From contig CALRHR010000003.1 in the NCBI GenBank assembly GCA_943359485.1, forward strand, positions 1 through 59,217: 59,217 nt of DNA, in the 5' to 3' direction. The notes below the pieces were generated by a model, which was given only the letters and a program-made list of their open reading frames with translations, was not told the DNA's origin and did not search any database. The translations under genes were made by a program, and so were the position numbers. This document shows, piece by piece, positions 27,020-36,234 of the stretch. Source of the DNA: Candidatus Nomurabacteria bacterium. GTDB taxonomy: Bacteria > Patescibacteriota > Minisyncoccia > Phycocordibacterales > UBA9973. How positions within the stretch are numbered: position 1 is the first letter of the stretch; the number at the start of each line of letters is the position of its first letter.

Positions 27020-27025
27020 AAATTT

Positions 27026-29362
27026 TTATGTTTTTGTTCCACTATCTAACTTTGTTTCTGATCTTATTTTTGCTGCTGCCTCTCTATCAGCCCTACTTCC
27101 TAAGTCTGCACCTGACCAAATACCAAGAGTAAGTCCACTTGTGATACTTTTTGTCCAGCGATTTCCCCTTGTTATCTTGTTTGCATAAGCTTGTTTTCTT
27201 TGCGCAGTTTCTGTTTTTATAGCCTGAACTTGCGATTTTTTCTGGTCTTCTAAAGCGTCAATACTTACCCCAGTTCCAGTTTCAATTCTAGTCATTCCAG
27301 TTGTTGGATCTGTTATCATATAATCTAATCCTTTATGGAAATCTTTTTTGTTTTGTTTTGCAAAATCTAACTCACCATTTGCTGTGATTAATGTTGCTCT
27401 TGCAGCTCCTTCTCCAGGAGTACCTTTGGCCGCATTCAGTTTGCTACTTGCATCATTTACTTCTTGTCTTTTCTTTTCAATTGTCTTATCAAGTGTTTCA
27501 ATCTTTTGAGCATTTTCCGCTAATAGTGCCTGCAAATCACCTTCTGTTTTATTCAATGCTTGCTTTAGCCTCTCATCTTCACCAACCTTGAGTTCATCCG
27601 CTCTCTTCATTCTTTTTTCTACTTTTTCTTTTCTCATTTTCGTCCATCCGCCTTCTTGTGTTTTGATAGCGCCTGCGCCACTAGCTAAGCCCGCTGCGCC
27701 CAAAAGCTTGCCAGCTCCCGGGATTGCGCGCGCATCATAACTCTTGCTTTGTAGATAATTTCCTGTTCTTTTAAGGCCGACTTTGTTTGCAAGCCCGCCC
27801 AGGCCTCCACCAATGACCGTCCTTCCAGCCAGTGCTGCTCCGCCTGTGGCTACGCCGAGCGCAAGACCTGCCGCAAGTCCACCAACTTTCATCACTGCCT
27901 CCCCCAATGCTCCGGAACTCTCTTTAGCAAAGCTGGTGGCTTTTATAAGCAGAATTAAAGTTATCATTGCTGGTATAACCAAAAGTAAAATAGTTTCCAT
28001 CCATCCTCGTTGCGTTACATCTCTGGCTGCCAGACTTCCGAGTGGGTCTGCTTTTATTACTAAAAATATAAAATACAAGAAAAACATAAAAATCGGCGCC
28101 ATAAAAGACACAGTGAGTAAGCGATGCGTCCATTCTTTCCAGCCTATGTATTTAACACCCTCCAGGATTGGTATTGTCAGAGACATAAAAGCGAAAGGAG
28201 AAAAAACAATTAAAACCCAAAGTTCAATTAACCTGCTTACAAAACTCAAACCAGCTATAAAAAAGGCATAAGAAGCAAAAGCCATAATTACACCGGTAAC
28301 GAATATTATTCCAAGCAGTAGGGGAATCGGGACTGCGGGGTCGCTTGAACTTAAAAAATAAGCTCCCAAGCCGGCAAGCGCTCCGAGACCCGCCCCAACC
28401 CCGGGTATTGGGATAAAGTTTCCTATTAATGCCCCGGTTCCTACATAACCAGCAAGATTGGTGCCACTAAATTCAGTATTTTTCTCTTGGATGGTTTTAA
28501 AAAATTTTTCAGATAGCAATCTGCTTGGGTCAAAACCACTTACCAATGCCGCAGACAAACCCTTGTCTTCCACGGTTTTCGCCAAGTCGAGCACAGGGAT
28601 ATGGTTTCTGTCTAATGGCTTTCCATCTTTTTTTACGGTCACATCGATTTTGTTATAAAAAATTAAAGCTAGGACATTTGAAGTGTCGATAACTACTTTG
28701 GTAAAGAACATGGAGAAGTTTATAAGTAATGCCATGATTATGACATGGGCGATCATTTTTTTTGTTTCACCTCCGAGACCTAAAATTAATCTAATTGCAA
28801 TATATAGAAGAACGAGAATAAAAAAAAGATTTGAAAGATCTCGGACAATTTCCCAAAGCTTTCCTATGAATTCGCCAGTCAAAAGAGCGCTACTTAATCC
28901 CAAAGCCACCACAATATCAAAGAACCTTGCCGTGATGACAAGTACAAATGAAGTCAGTGTGTAGAAAATATAATAAAAAAGAAGCACTAAGCATCCACCC
29001 ACACTTCCAGATATAATTTTTCCGCAAGCCTTTTCAACTGCTTGCTGGAGCGGTGAGCCGGAGGTTGCCTCTGCCTCTGCCGCCTTATTTGCCGCCGCTT
29101 GTTCTACTGGACCGAGGATTCGTGCTGATGGAGTTGTTGCACCAGCTGGTATCCATTCCGCATTAGCATTAAGACCACATTGTTCTTGTGGGGTATTTTC
29201 TTGGCCCGGTGTGTATGCAATAATATCTCCCTTTTTGTTAAAAGCTCCATCTGCTTTATGACGACAAGTTCCACTCGGACTTTGTGCTTGTGCTTCCCTC
29301 CCCGCGCCCAAAAATCCGACGAGGATGATGACTATTAGTATGTATGGCAAAAATTTTCGCAT
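27026..29362 (-). CDS. polytopic membrane protein, VirB6/TrbL-like T4SS channel candidate, with C-terminal coiled coil
   Basis: Signal peptide, at least 8 predicted TM segments, Gly/Ala-rich segments, and a charged coiled-coil tail. It sits in an operon with VirB4 and PrgI. Confidence 0.5.
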   Translation of the reverse strand: MRKFLPYILIVIILVGFLGAGREAQAQSPSGTCRHKADGAFNKKGDIIAYTPGQENTPQEQCGLNANAEWIPAGATTPSARILGPVEQAAANKAAEAEATSGSPLQQAVEKACGKIISGSVGGCLVLLFYYIFYTLTSFVLVITARFFDIVVALGLSSALLTGEFIGKLWEIVRDLSNLFFILVLLYIAIRLILGLGGETKKMIAHVIIMALLINFSMFFTKVVIDTSNVLALIFYNKIDVTVKKDGKPLDRNHIPVLDLAKTVEDKGLSAALVSGFDPSRLLSEKFFKTIQEKNTEFSGTNLAGYVGTGALIGNFIPIPGVGAGLGALAGLGAYFLSSSDPAVPIPLLLGIIFVTGVIMAFASYAFFIAGLSFVSRLIELWVLIVFSPFAFMSLTIPILEGVKYIGWKEWTHRLLTVSFMAPIFMFFLYFIFLVIKADPLGSLAARDVTQRGWMETILLLVIPAMITLILLIKATSFAKESSGALGEAVMKVGGLAAGLALGVATGGAALAGRTVIGGGLGGLANKVGLKRTGNYLQSKSYDARAIPGAGKLLGAAGLASGAGAIKTQEGGWTKMRKEKVEKRMKRADELKVGEDERLKQALNKTEGDLQALLAENAQKIETLDKTIEKKRQEVNDASSKLNAAKGTPGEGAARATLITANGELDFAKQNKKDFHKGLDYMITDPTTGMTRIETGTGVSIDALEDQKKSQVQAIKTETAQRKQAYANKITRGNRWTKSITSGLTLGIWSGADLGSRADREAAAKIRSETKLDSGTKT

Positions 29363-29368
29363 AATGTT

Positions 29369-32191
29369 TTATGGTTGCGGATTGGGTTCGGATTGTGGCA
29401 GTGGCTCATTTGGAACCCAATCTCCTCCCACGGTATTACATTCGTCTTTTGTTATTCCCGATTCTTCCGGAAATACAAATCCCGTAGATCTATCAGGGAC
29501 ATTACTGCAAGTACCTAAATCAGAACCAATGGTATCATTCGGCAAAATATAATCGTTTCCTATCTGGGTTGTCCCGGGCAGGTTCCCCTTGTAGTCTAGG
29601 ACATTTGCTTTCCATATAATATTGCAACTCAATTCTATATCAACAGTATAATTACCAAAGATGCCACCCCAGCGCCTCCACTTCAAGACATCGTTTGCAT
29701 TTACATATGGAACTTCCGGATGGGTTATAGGATTCCCACTTGAACCAGAAAGTGCTCCTGCGACACCTCCAACAACTACACTAATACCGCCAGTAGCAAC
29801 AGCCCCAGCGCCTCCAAGAATTGCACCCAAAATTCCACGCCCAGGATCATCGTTTTTGTGGTCAAAAGTTTCATGATTATATCCTCCTTTAATGGGCGCA
29901 TCGCAATAAATTTCCTTCTCCGTATTTCCAATGGTGGTGCTGCCAGTTCTTGCTGTGAGGGTAGAAAATGGTCCGCCTTGCGTACTCCAGCCTTTTACTG
30001 GCCTTTCTGCATTACATTGTGTCGTCAGTGAAATTAACTTAGCTAATTTTTCTTTGGCGATAAACAAGTCATTTTGTATTTCATTTACAGTATTACTATT
30101 AGAGACTCCAATTTTGTTTGCATTATATTGTTTTCTTAACGAAATTAAAGTTTTTTCATTTCCAGAGTCTGAAGGTGGTTGGATGATTTTCCCTGCTGAA
30201 TCAAATGTAGAAATAGCGTTCAAGCCCGCATTAATTGCTTGTAGCCTTACCAGTGCTTGAGCCCTTGTTCGTCTTCTGTCTGTCAACTCGTCTGACTGTT
30301 GCGCCAGCTTCCCTATTTCATCTACGGCATCCATATAGATCGCTGAATTTGGAAGTTCGGTCATCATGTTATTAATTATCCAATCTTTTAGAAATTTTAC
30401 AGCAAAGTTTAATTCTTTAAGAGCCAGGTCAGCTTGAGCCGACTTATTTCCATCACTATCACTTTGTTTTCCTTGAAGTTTTTGGCTGTTTCTATTCATT
30501 TCATTCATCAATCTTTCTTGCCATCCCAAGTCTGGACCTGGTTGACAGATGTCGAGCAGTCTGGCTTGTGGCCAGATCTTTCCTAGCATTTGTGTTAGGC
30601 CCGGGCTACATGCATTGTTTACTGTTACTCCACCATTCTGTGTATTTATAACAGGGTTACATGTGACTGGATTATCTATTAACCAAATTTCTGCTTCTGT
30701 ATTTTTTATGTCACCGGGGATGTATTGAGCTCCTGGTGGGCAATCCCAATTTTTCAGAATTTGGTTATAAATACAGTTTCGGCTGTTGCCCGTTTCTTCG
30801 GTAACTGTCGTTATTTCTCCTGTTTCATCTCCTGTAGTTTTTGTGGTGATAATGGTTCTTCCTTCTAATTGTTTTTTGAATTCACTCAACACAACTTCTT
30901 CATCTGGACCCATATTCCAAGCATCATTGGTGCCATCACCTGGACCGCCAAGTTTTTGCCCCTCGTACTCCCATTCATCTACAGAGGGTCTTGGATTTAC
31001 TTTAGTTGCGAGAGCACTTAAACCATCTCCTATAAACTTATTTAACAAAGCATCTACAATGGCTGATATGCTGGTACCTACTGCCATGGCTAATTCACTT
31101 TGTCTATAACTTGAACTAAGAGCGGTCATAATCTGGTTACCGACTACTGAGCCTGGGGTTGTAACTTTCAATCCACCTGGACAGGTATTACTTTCTGCCC
31201 AGTCAGATTTTTCTTTATCAAAATCTTGGTCATATTTAGTATCGTAGGCTTCTCGAGCTTGGATAGAGGCTTGAGATTCTCTTTGTCTTTCAAGATTTTC
31301 AATTACTTCTTCATTTTCTCCAGTTGTAGGATTATATCTATAAGTAGTACTCTGCTCGGTATATGTTTCATATTGTATATCTGGTGGATCATAAACCGAA
31401 TTATTATGAAAAGTTGGCTTTTGGAATTCGTTTTTGCCGTTGTTATAGCTAGGATTTGTTGGGCAAGTTTTGGGTGATAAAAATCCCAAACCCTGCTGGA
31501 GTGTATCTTTTACTTGATTTGCTTTGCTAACTAGCGTACCGTCGAGTCGATTGGCTAGTTCTTCTGTTGCTAGCATTCTGTAACCCAAGTAATTATTTTG
31601 TGGATACTGAGTGTTGATTAAAAATCCATTCCATCCACCGATGTCAAAGTCAGTCTGGAAGCGGTAGAGCAACTGTGGGTCTCTGATAGCCTTACTCAGT
31701 GTATACTGCGCGTTGTCGCTAAATTGTCTTTTGTATGCGCCTATTGTGCTTAGAGCAAAGGCTTTTCCAAATGGAAACTTGCTATTGTCATAGCCGGTCA
31801 TATCTACAAAATCCTTGATCTGGAATTTGGCGATGTCTTTAAAAAAAGAACTGGGGTTTTGTACGAAAAGTGGAGAGCCATGAAAACCGGAATTTATCCA
31901 GTTTATAGTGCTTGTGGTCATTTTCTGCAAAAATCTTTTAGCAACAGTCATGACTATTTGTTTTAAAACTTCTTGGGCAACATTTTTTATTGAAATTGAA
32001 GTGGAAGTTACTGTTGACGCTGTGTTTGTTCCAAGTAAAACTGTTCTGATAAAACCATTAGGTCCTAAATCAAAAACCGGCCAGGCTGCTTGTGTCTGTT
32101 TTGGTGTAGAAAATAAAACAGTGGGTACTATTATTGCAACAATGAGAAGAGAGGAGATTAATTTTGTAATTTTATTGTTTTTAGCTAGCAT
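29369..32191 (-). CDS. large membrane-anchored extracellular hypothetical protein (940 aa)
   Basis: N-terminal TM/signal anchor, many paired Cys residues, and a C-terminal Gly-rich hydrophobic segment GILGAILGGAGAVATGGISVVVGGVAGAL. No enzyme motif recognised. Confidence 0.5.
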   Translation of the reverse strand: MLAKNNKITKLISSLLIVAIIVPTVLFSTPKQTQAAWPVFDLGPNGFIRTVLLGTNTASTVTSTSISIKNVAQEVLKQIVMTVAKRFLQKMTTSTINWINSGFHGSPLFVQNPSSFFKDIAKFQIKDFVDMTGYDNSKFPFGKAFALSTIGAYKRQFSDNAQYTLSKAIRDPQLLYRFQTDFDIGGWNGFLINTQYPQNNYLGYRMLATEELANRLDGTLVSKANQVKDTLQQGLGFLSPKTCPTNPSYNNGKNEFQKPTFHNNSVYDPPDIQYETYTEQSTTYRYNPTTGENEEVIENLERQRESQASIQAREAYDTKYDQDFDKEKSDWAESNTCPGGLKVTTPGSVVGNQIMTALSSSYRQSELAMAVGTSISAIVDALLNKFIGDGLSALATKVNPRPSVDEWEYEGQKLGGPGDGTNDAWNMGPDEEVVLSEFKKQLEGRTIITTKTTGDETGEITTVTEETGNSRNCIYNQILKNWDCPPGAQYIPGDIKNTEAEIWLIDNPVTCNPVINTQNGGVTVNNACSPGLTQMLGKIWPQARLLDICQPGPDLGWQERLMNEMNRNSQKLQGKQSDSDGNKSAQADLALKELNFAVKFLKDWIINNMMTELPNSAIYMDAVDEIGKLAQQSDELTDRRRTRAQALVRLQAINAGLNAISTFDSAGKIIQPPSDSGNEKTLISLRKQYNANKIGVSNSNTVNEIQNDLFIAKEKLAKLISLTTQCNAERPVKGWSTQGGPFSTLTARTGSTTIGNTEKEIYCDAPIKGGYNHETFDHKNDDPGRGILGAILGGAGAVATGGISVVVGGVAGALSGSSGNPITHPEVPYVNANDVLKWRRWGGIFGNYTVDIELSCNIIWKANVLDYKGNLPGTTQIGNDYILPNDTIGSDLGTCSNVPDRSTGFVFPEESGITKDECNTVGGDWVPNEPLPQSEPNPQP

Positions 32192-32216
32192 TTATTTATA
32201 TTATATAGATTCTTAC

Positions 32217-33134
32217 TTAATTATTCAATTTTTGTTGTATCGTAATCAAAAGACTGTCGATAGATGACTCCAGGGTGTCAGTATTTGGCGCATATTGAGC
32301 TATTGCGCTTAAGGCGACAATGGTGTCGCTCTCATATAGCCTTATGTCGCTTATGTTTTCTAGTATCTTTTCTAAGATGTTTACTACAGCTAAGTGTTGC
32401 GTAGAGAGGGATTTTGGTACGGGAATCTTTACCATAGCAGTTACTGTATCTCTCATATTTTCTACAATGAGGTCAAGTTTTGATAAGACATTGACATCAA
32501 CATTGTCTTCATCAATAAAAAATTCTTGCAAGACATCAATAACTGTATAATTTGCTGGATTTTTTATTTTAATATTCTTTAACGCATTATTGTAAGTTGT
32601 GATAGTTTGTTTGCTATTATCATCTAGTATTTTCAATTCGGAGAGTAAAAATACTTTTCTAGTAGGGGTGTTCTTTATATGTTCTGCTAATGATTCTCCT
32701 AATTTATTTATTGTAGCTTGGTCCATTTCTCCGGCTTGGTTTAGGGTGGCGACAGTAGAAAAGAATTCTCTGGAAAATTTATCTGTTTCTGTTAGTGTTT
32801 CTGTTTCTCCTGTGCTCGTATTTCCTTCTCCGCCCAAACTCATCTCTTGTGCAGATTTTAACTTTGCTATTTCGACACTGTCAGAAGTTCCATCATCATT
32901 TGTGTCTTTCTTTAATGGGTCTGTGCCCCACAAGGTTTCTTCCCAGTCCAATACTCCATCTCCATCTGTATCTTTTATTATTATATTCTCCAGTGTTTCG
33001 TTGCCGTAAGCTAAACCTTCTTGACTAAGTTGGTTCTGTGGATTTTGAAACACTGTTTTGTTCTTTAAGAAAAAAAGAACAACAAGAAAAACTATCGCGC
33101 AGGCGAGTAAGAGCACTACTTTTTTATGTTGCAA
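32217..33134 (-). CDS. membrane-anchored hypothetical protein with thrombospondin type 3-like Ca-binding repeats
   Basis: N-terminal TM segment. DTDGDGVLDWEETLWGTDPLKKDTNDDGTSD matches the DxDxDG calcium-binding repeat pattern. Confidence 0.5.
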   Translation of the reverse strand: MQHKKVVLLLACAIVFLVVLFFLKNKTVFQNPQNQLSQEGLAYGNETLENIIIKDTDGDGVLDWEETLWGTDPLKKDTNDDGTSDSVEIAKLKSAQEMSLGGEGNTSTGETETLTETDKFSREFFSTVATLNQAGEMDQATINKLGESLAEHIKNTPTRKVFLLSELKILDDNSKQTITTYNNALKNIKIKNPANYTVIDVLQEFFIDEDNVDVNVLSKLDLIVENMRDTVTAMVKIPVPKSLSTQHLAVVNILEKILENISDIRLYESDTIVALSAIAQYAPNTDTLESSIDSLLITIQQKLNN

Positions 33135-33242
33135 CCAAATTAATTTAATTATGCTTTAATTATAACAATAAACGAGGAGCATAAACAAGTTTATTTGTTT
33201 AATGTCCGAGTGTCATTGTTATATGGTACTCCATATACACTG

Positions 33243-33278
33243 GCTAGGCCCTAGGCGCTAGGCTTTAGGCACTAGCTA
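33243..33278. repeat. CTAGGC-type repeat (family C, copy 7)
   Basis: GCTAGGCCCTAGGCGCTAGGCTTTAGGCACTAGCTA. It overlaps the rsmA stop and last three codons (..ASA*). Confidence 0.7.
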
Positions 33279-34146
33279 AAGCAATCCAGTCCGCGAGTTC
33301 TAGGTTTTCTGGCCTTTTGTCGCCAAATTTTACTAGAGATGTTTCAGGAATAATACCTTTCAAGTTACTTGAGAGCTTTTTTCTCTTATGCGCAAAGCCG
33401 GCTTTTACTATTTCCCAAAATTTATGTTCATCTATTTTATTCCCCTCCCCCTTAACAAGGGGGAGGTTGGGAGGGGGTGAACTTAAGAACCTCACCCCAG
33501 CCCTCTCCTTATCAAGGAGAGGGGGATAGTCTTCAAAAGCTTTGCGCGAAATATTTTTTATAGAAATAATAGCTGAGTCCACTTTCGGGGCAGGCGAGAA
33601 ATACCGTGCAGGTACTTTCATGATCAGCTTTGGGTTCCCATATGCTTTGACTGAAATCGAAAGAATACTCTCTTTGTTGCCTGCCCCGCCGTGGCGTGGG
33701 TCTCTGGCGATTATTCTGCGCGCCACTTCGTGCTGAACCATTAGCACCATGAGTTCGGGCTGATATTTTTCGGTTAAAAATTTTTTTAAAATTGCGCCGG
33801 TAATGTTGTAGGGAATATTGGCGATGATTTTATAGGCGCTAGGCTTTAGGCTGTAGGCGCTAGCTTGAAAATTCAAGATATCTTCGTTTCTTAAAATCAG
33901 TTTTCCAGATTTAATTTGCTCACTAAATTTATTTTCTAAAAATGTGAACAATCTATTATCTTTTTCAATTGCAATAACTTGAATTCCAGTTTCCAATAGT
34001 TTGTTTGTAAGGGCTCCCGTACCTGGACCTATTTCTAAAATTATGTCATCTTTTTTTATTTCACCGGCTTCAATAATTTTTCGCAATGCCGGCTCTGACT
34101 TTAAAAAGTTTTGACCTAAAGATTTTTTCGCTTTGTAATTTTTCAT
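33265..34146 (-). CDS. rsmA: 16S rRNA (adenine1518/1519-N6)-dimethyltransferase RsmA/KsgA
   Basis: KKSLGQNFL, SAM motif ILEIGPGTGALT, and NIPYNITG. It carries extra in-frame segments (see repeats). Confidence 0.9.
   Translation of the reverse strand: MKNYKAKKSLGQNFLKSEPALRKIIEAGEIKKDDIILEIGPGTGALTNKLLETGIQVIAIEKDNRLFTFLENKFSEQIKSGKLILRNEDILNFQASAYSLKPSAYKIIANIPYNITGAILKKFLTEKYQPELMVLMVQHEVARRIIARDPRHGGAGNKESILSISVKAYGNPKLIMKVPARYFSPAPKVDSAIISIKNISRKAFEDYPPLLDKERAGVRFLSSPPPNLPLVKGEGNKIDEHKFWEIVKAGFAHKRKKLSSNLKGIIPETSLVKFGDKRPENLELADWIALASA
33442..33526. repeat. two tandem GC-rich hairpin elements (family D) in frame in rsmA
   Basis: CCTCCCCCTT-AAC-AAGGGGGAGG (33444-33466) and CCCTCTCCTT-ATC-AAGGAGAGGG (33501-33523). 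Together they encode PPLLDKERAGVRFLSSPPPNLPLVKGEG. Confidence 0.7.
33832..33865. repeat. CTAGGC-type repeat (family C, copy 8) in frame inside rsmA
   Basis: ATAGGCGCTAGGCTTTAGGCTGTAGGCGCTAGC is read on the minus strand as ASAYSLKPSAY, in a frame that avoids TAG. Confidence 0.7.
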
Positions 34147-34155
34147 TTTGATTTT

Positions 34156-34178
34156 CTAGTGCCTAGCGCCTAAAGACT
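34156..34178. repeat. CTAGGC-type repeat (family C, short copy 9)
   Basis: CTAGTGCCTAGCGCCTAAAGACTAATTACT between pcrA and rsmA. Confidence 0.55.
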
Positions 34179-34187
34179 AATTACTAT

Positions 34188-36218
34188 TTATATGTAAATT
34201 GTTTTTATACCACCTTTCTCTTCTTCTCGTTCCAATAAATCTACTGGAATATCTGAAATAAATTCCGATGGCGTATTTATTTGTCTCGAACCGAAGATTG
34301 TACGGAAATTCGTAAATGATAAAAATAATTTATTTCGGGCGCGAGTAACTGCTACATAAAAAAGCCTTCTTTCTTCTTCGGTGTCGGCACCTGCTTCTTC
34401 ATTTTGTCTCTGGTGTGGGAAAAGTCCATCTTCAAGTCCCACAACAAAAACATACTTAAATTCAAGCCCTTTTGAAGCATGCACCGTCATTAGTTTAACG
34501 GCCCCTCCTGTCGTCGGGACCTCGATTTTGGCCTCGGCATTAATCATCAGTGAATCCTGGTCTGATGCAAGCGAGGCATCCTCTAAAAGCCTTTCAATTC
34601 CTGTACCATTTACTAAATTATCATATTTGAGTGCTAATGTGGCGAGCTCTTTTATGTTCTCTAGCCTTTCTTTATCTTCTTCTCCCCCATTTTCAAGTTC
34701 GTACTCAATGCCAGAATATTTTACCACAAATTTTATCACTTCACTAGTTTTAAGTGTAGTGATTTTTTCTTTTATTTCTTCCAAAATATTGTAAAAATTT
34801 TCGATTTTTATTCTCATCTTGATTGGTAAATTCTCCATGTCGCCTGCAAATATTTTTACCAATGATGCTTTGCCAATGCCTCGCGTTGGGAAGTTAATTA
34901 TTCTTTTTATATCCGACAAGCTGTCTCTGTTTTGTGCGGCACGCAAGTAGGCTAGAGTGTCTTTGATTTCTTTTCTTTCGAAAAATTTTACACCTAAAAC
35001 TTGATAAGGAATATTATAACGAAGCATCGCCTCTTCGAGTGTGCGGGACTGAAAGTTGGCGCGGTACAAAACTGCTATGTCAGAAAGGGCGGAATCTCTT
35101 TCAATTTTTTGTTCGTGTCGGAGCCCGTCGGATTTTGACGGGTAAAGCGACGAAAAATTGGAAGAGAGGGAGCCATCCATGACTTCTAGAATTTTTGTCG
35201 CTACGAAGTCTGCTTCGTCATTTTCATCCAGCGCTTCATACAAACTTATTTTCTCTCCCGTCACATTATTAGTAAATAAATTCTTATCTGGTCTAAATTT
35301 ATTTTTCTTGATTACAGTATTAGCCGCCTCCAAAATATTTTTAGTCGACCGATAATTTTGCTCCAAAAGGACTATCTTTGCGTCCGGATAATCTTTTTCG
35401 AAACTCAAAATATTTTTTAGATTTGCTCCGCGCCAGGAATAGATATTTTGATCAGCGTCCCCTACCACACAAATATTTTTATTGTTTTCAGAAAGTAATT
35501 TCGACATCAAGTACTGTACTTCGTTAGTGTCTTGGTATTCATCAATATGGACAAATTCCCATTTCTCTTGGTAAATTTTCCTGATTTCCTCATTGTCTTT
35601 TAATAATTTTGTACTTTTTAAAAGTAGATCATCAAAGTCCAAGCTATTTTCTTTCATCTTTTTTTGTTCATATAAATTCCAAACCTGTGCCACGATTCCG
35701 GCCATAAATCCGGACATTGGGTCGTTCGCTCTTTCTTTATAATCTGCCAAATGGATAAACTTTCCTTTTTCTCGCGAGATTATGTTTTTTATTTTCTTTG
35801 GATCATATTGTTTTGGATCAAAGGCAAGTTCTTTTAATGATTCTTTGATGAGCGCCGTGGCGTCGCCCTCATCTAGAATGGTAAAATATTTTGTTAGTCC
35901 CAAAATTCTGGCGTTTTCTTTGATAATAAAAACTCCGAGGGAGTGGAAAGTACTGACGAAAGGAATTTTGTCCTGACCCTTGGCATTTTTTTTAATTTCG
36001 GCGATAATCCGTTCGCGCATTTCCTTGGCAGCTTTGTTGGTGAAGGTTACAGCCAAAATTTTCTCTGGGGCAACCCCCGAGCGTATTAAATTCACGATTC
36101 TATGCGTGATGGTTTTAGTTTTTCCTGCTCCAGCACCAGCTAAAATCAAGAGTGGACCGTTCTTGTGTTCCGCTGCCTCTTTTTGTTCTTTATTTAGCCC
36201 TTCCAAATGTTGGTCCAT
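34188..36218 (-). CDS. pcrA: ATP-dependent DNA helicase PcrA/UvrD family
   Basis: LILAGAGAGKTKT (motif I), DEYQDTN (motif II), and ..TVHASKGLEF.. with ..RRLFYVAVTRA.. (motifs V/VI). Confidence 0.9.
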   Translation of the reverse strand: MDQHLEGLNKEQKEAAEHKNGPLLILAGAGAGKTKTITHRIVNLIRSGVAPEKILAVTFTNKAAKEMRERIIAEIKKNAKGQDKIPFVSTFHSLGVFIIKENARILGLTKYFTILDEGDATALIKESLKELAFDPKQYDPKKIKNIISREKGKFIHLADYKERANDPMSGFMAGIVAQVWNLYEQKKMKENSLDFDDLLLKSTKLLKDNEEIRKIYQEKWEFVHIDEYQDTNEVQYLMSKLLSENNKNICVVGDADQNIYSWRGANLKNILSFEKDYPDAKIVLLEQNYRSTKNILEAANTVIKKNKFRPDKNLFTNNVTGEKISLYEALDENDEADFVATKILEVMDGSLSSNFSSLYPSKSDGLRHEQKIERDSALSDIAVLYRANFQSRTLEEAMLRYNIPYQVLGVKFFERKEIKDTLAYLRAAQNRDSLSDIKRIINFPTRGIGKASLVKIFAGDMENLPIKMRIKIENFYNILEEIKEKITTLKTSEVIKFVVKYSGIEYELENGGEEDKERLENIKELATLALKYDNLVNGTGIERLLEDASLASDQDSLMINAEAKIEVPTTGGAVKLMTVHASKGLEFKYVFVVGLEDGLFPHQRQNEEAGADTEEERRLFYVAVTRARNKLFLSFTNFRTIFGSRQINTPSEFISDIPVDLLEREEEKGGIKTIYI

Positions 36219-36234
36219 TAATTTATACTAGCAC

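Noticed and set aside
27783-28271. Long antisense ORFs inside large genes (e.g. 27783..28271, 32599..33009, 34381..34794, 5705..6073, 57245..57625)
   Set aside because: Each lies fully within a well-supported gene on the opposite strand and has low-complexity composition typical of antisense frames.
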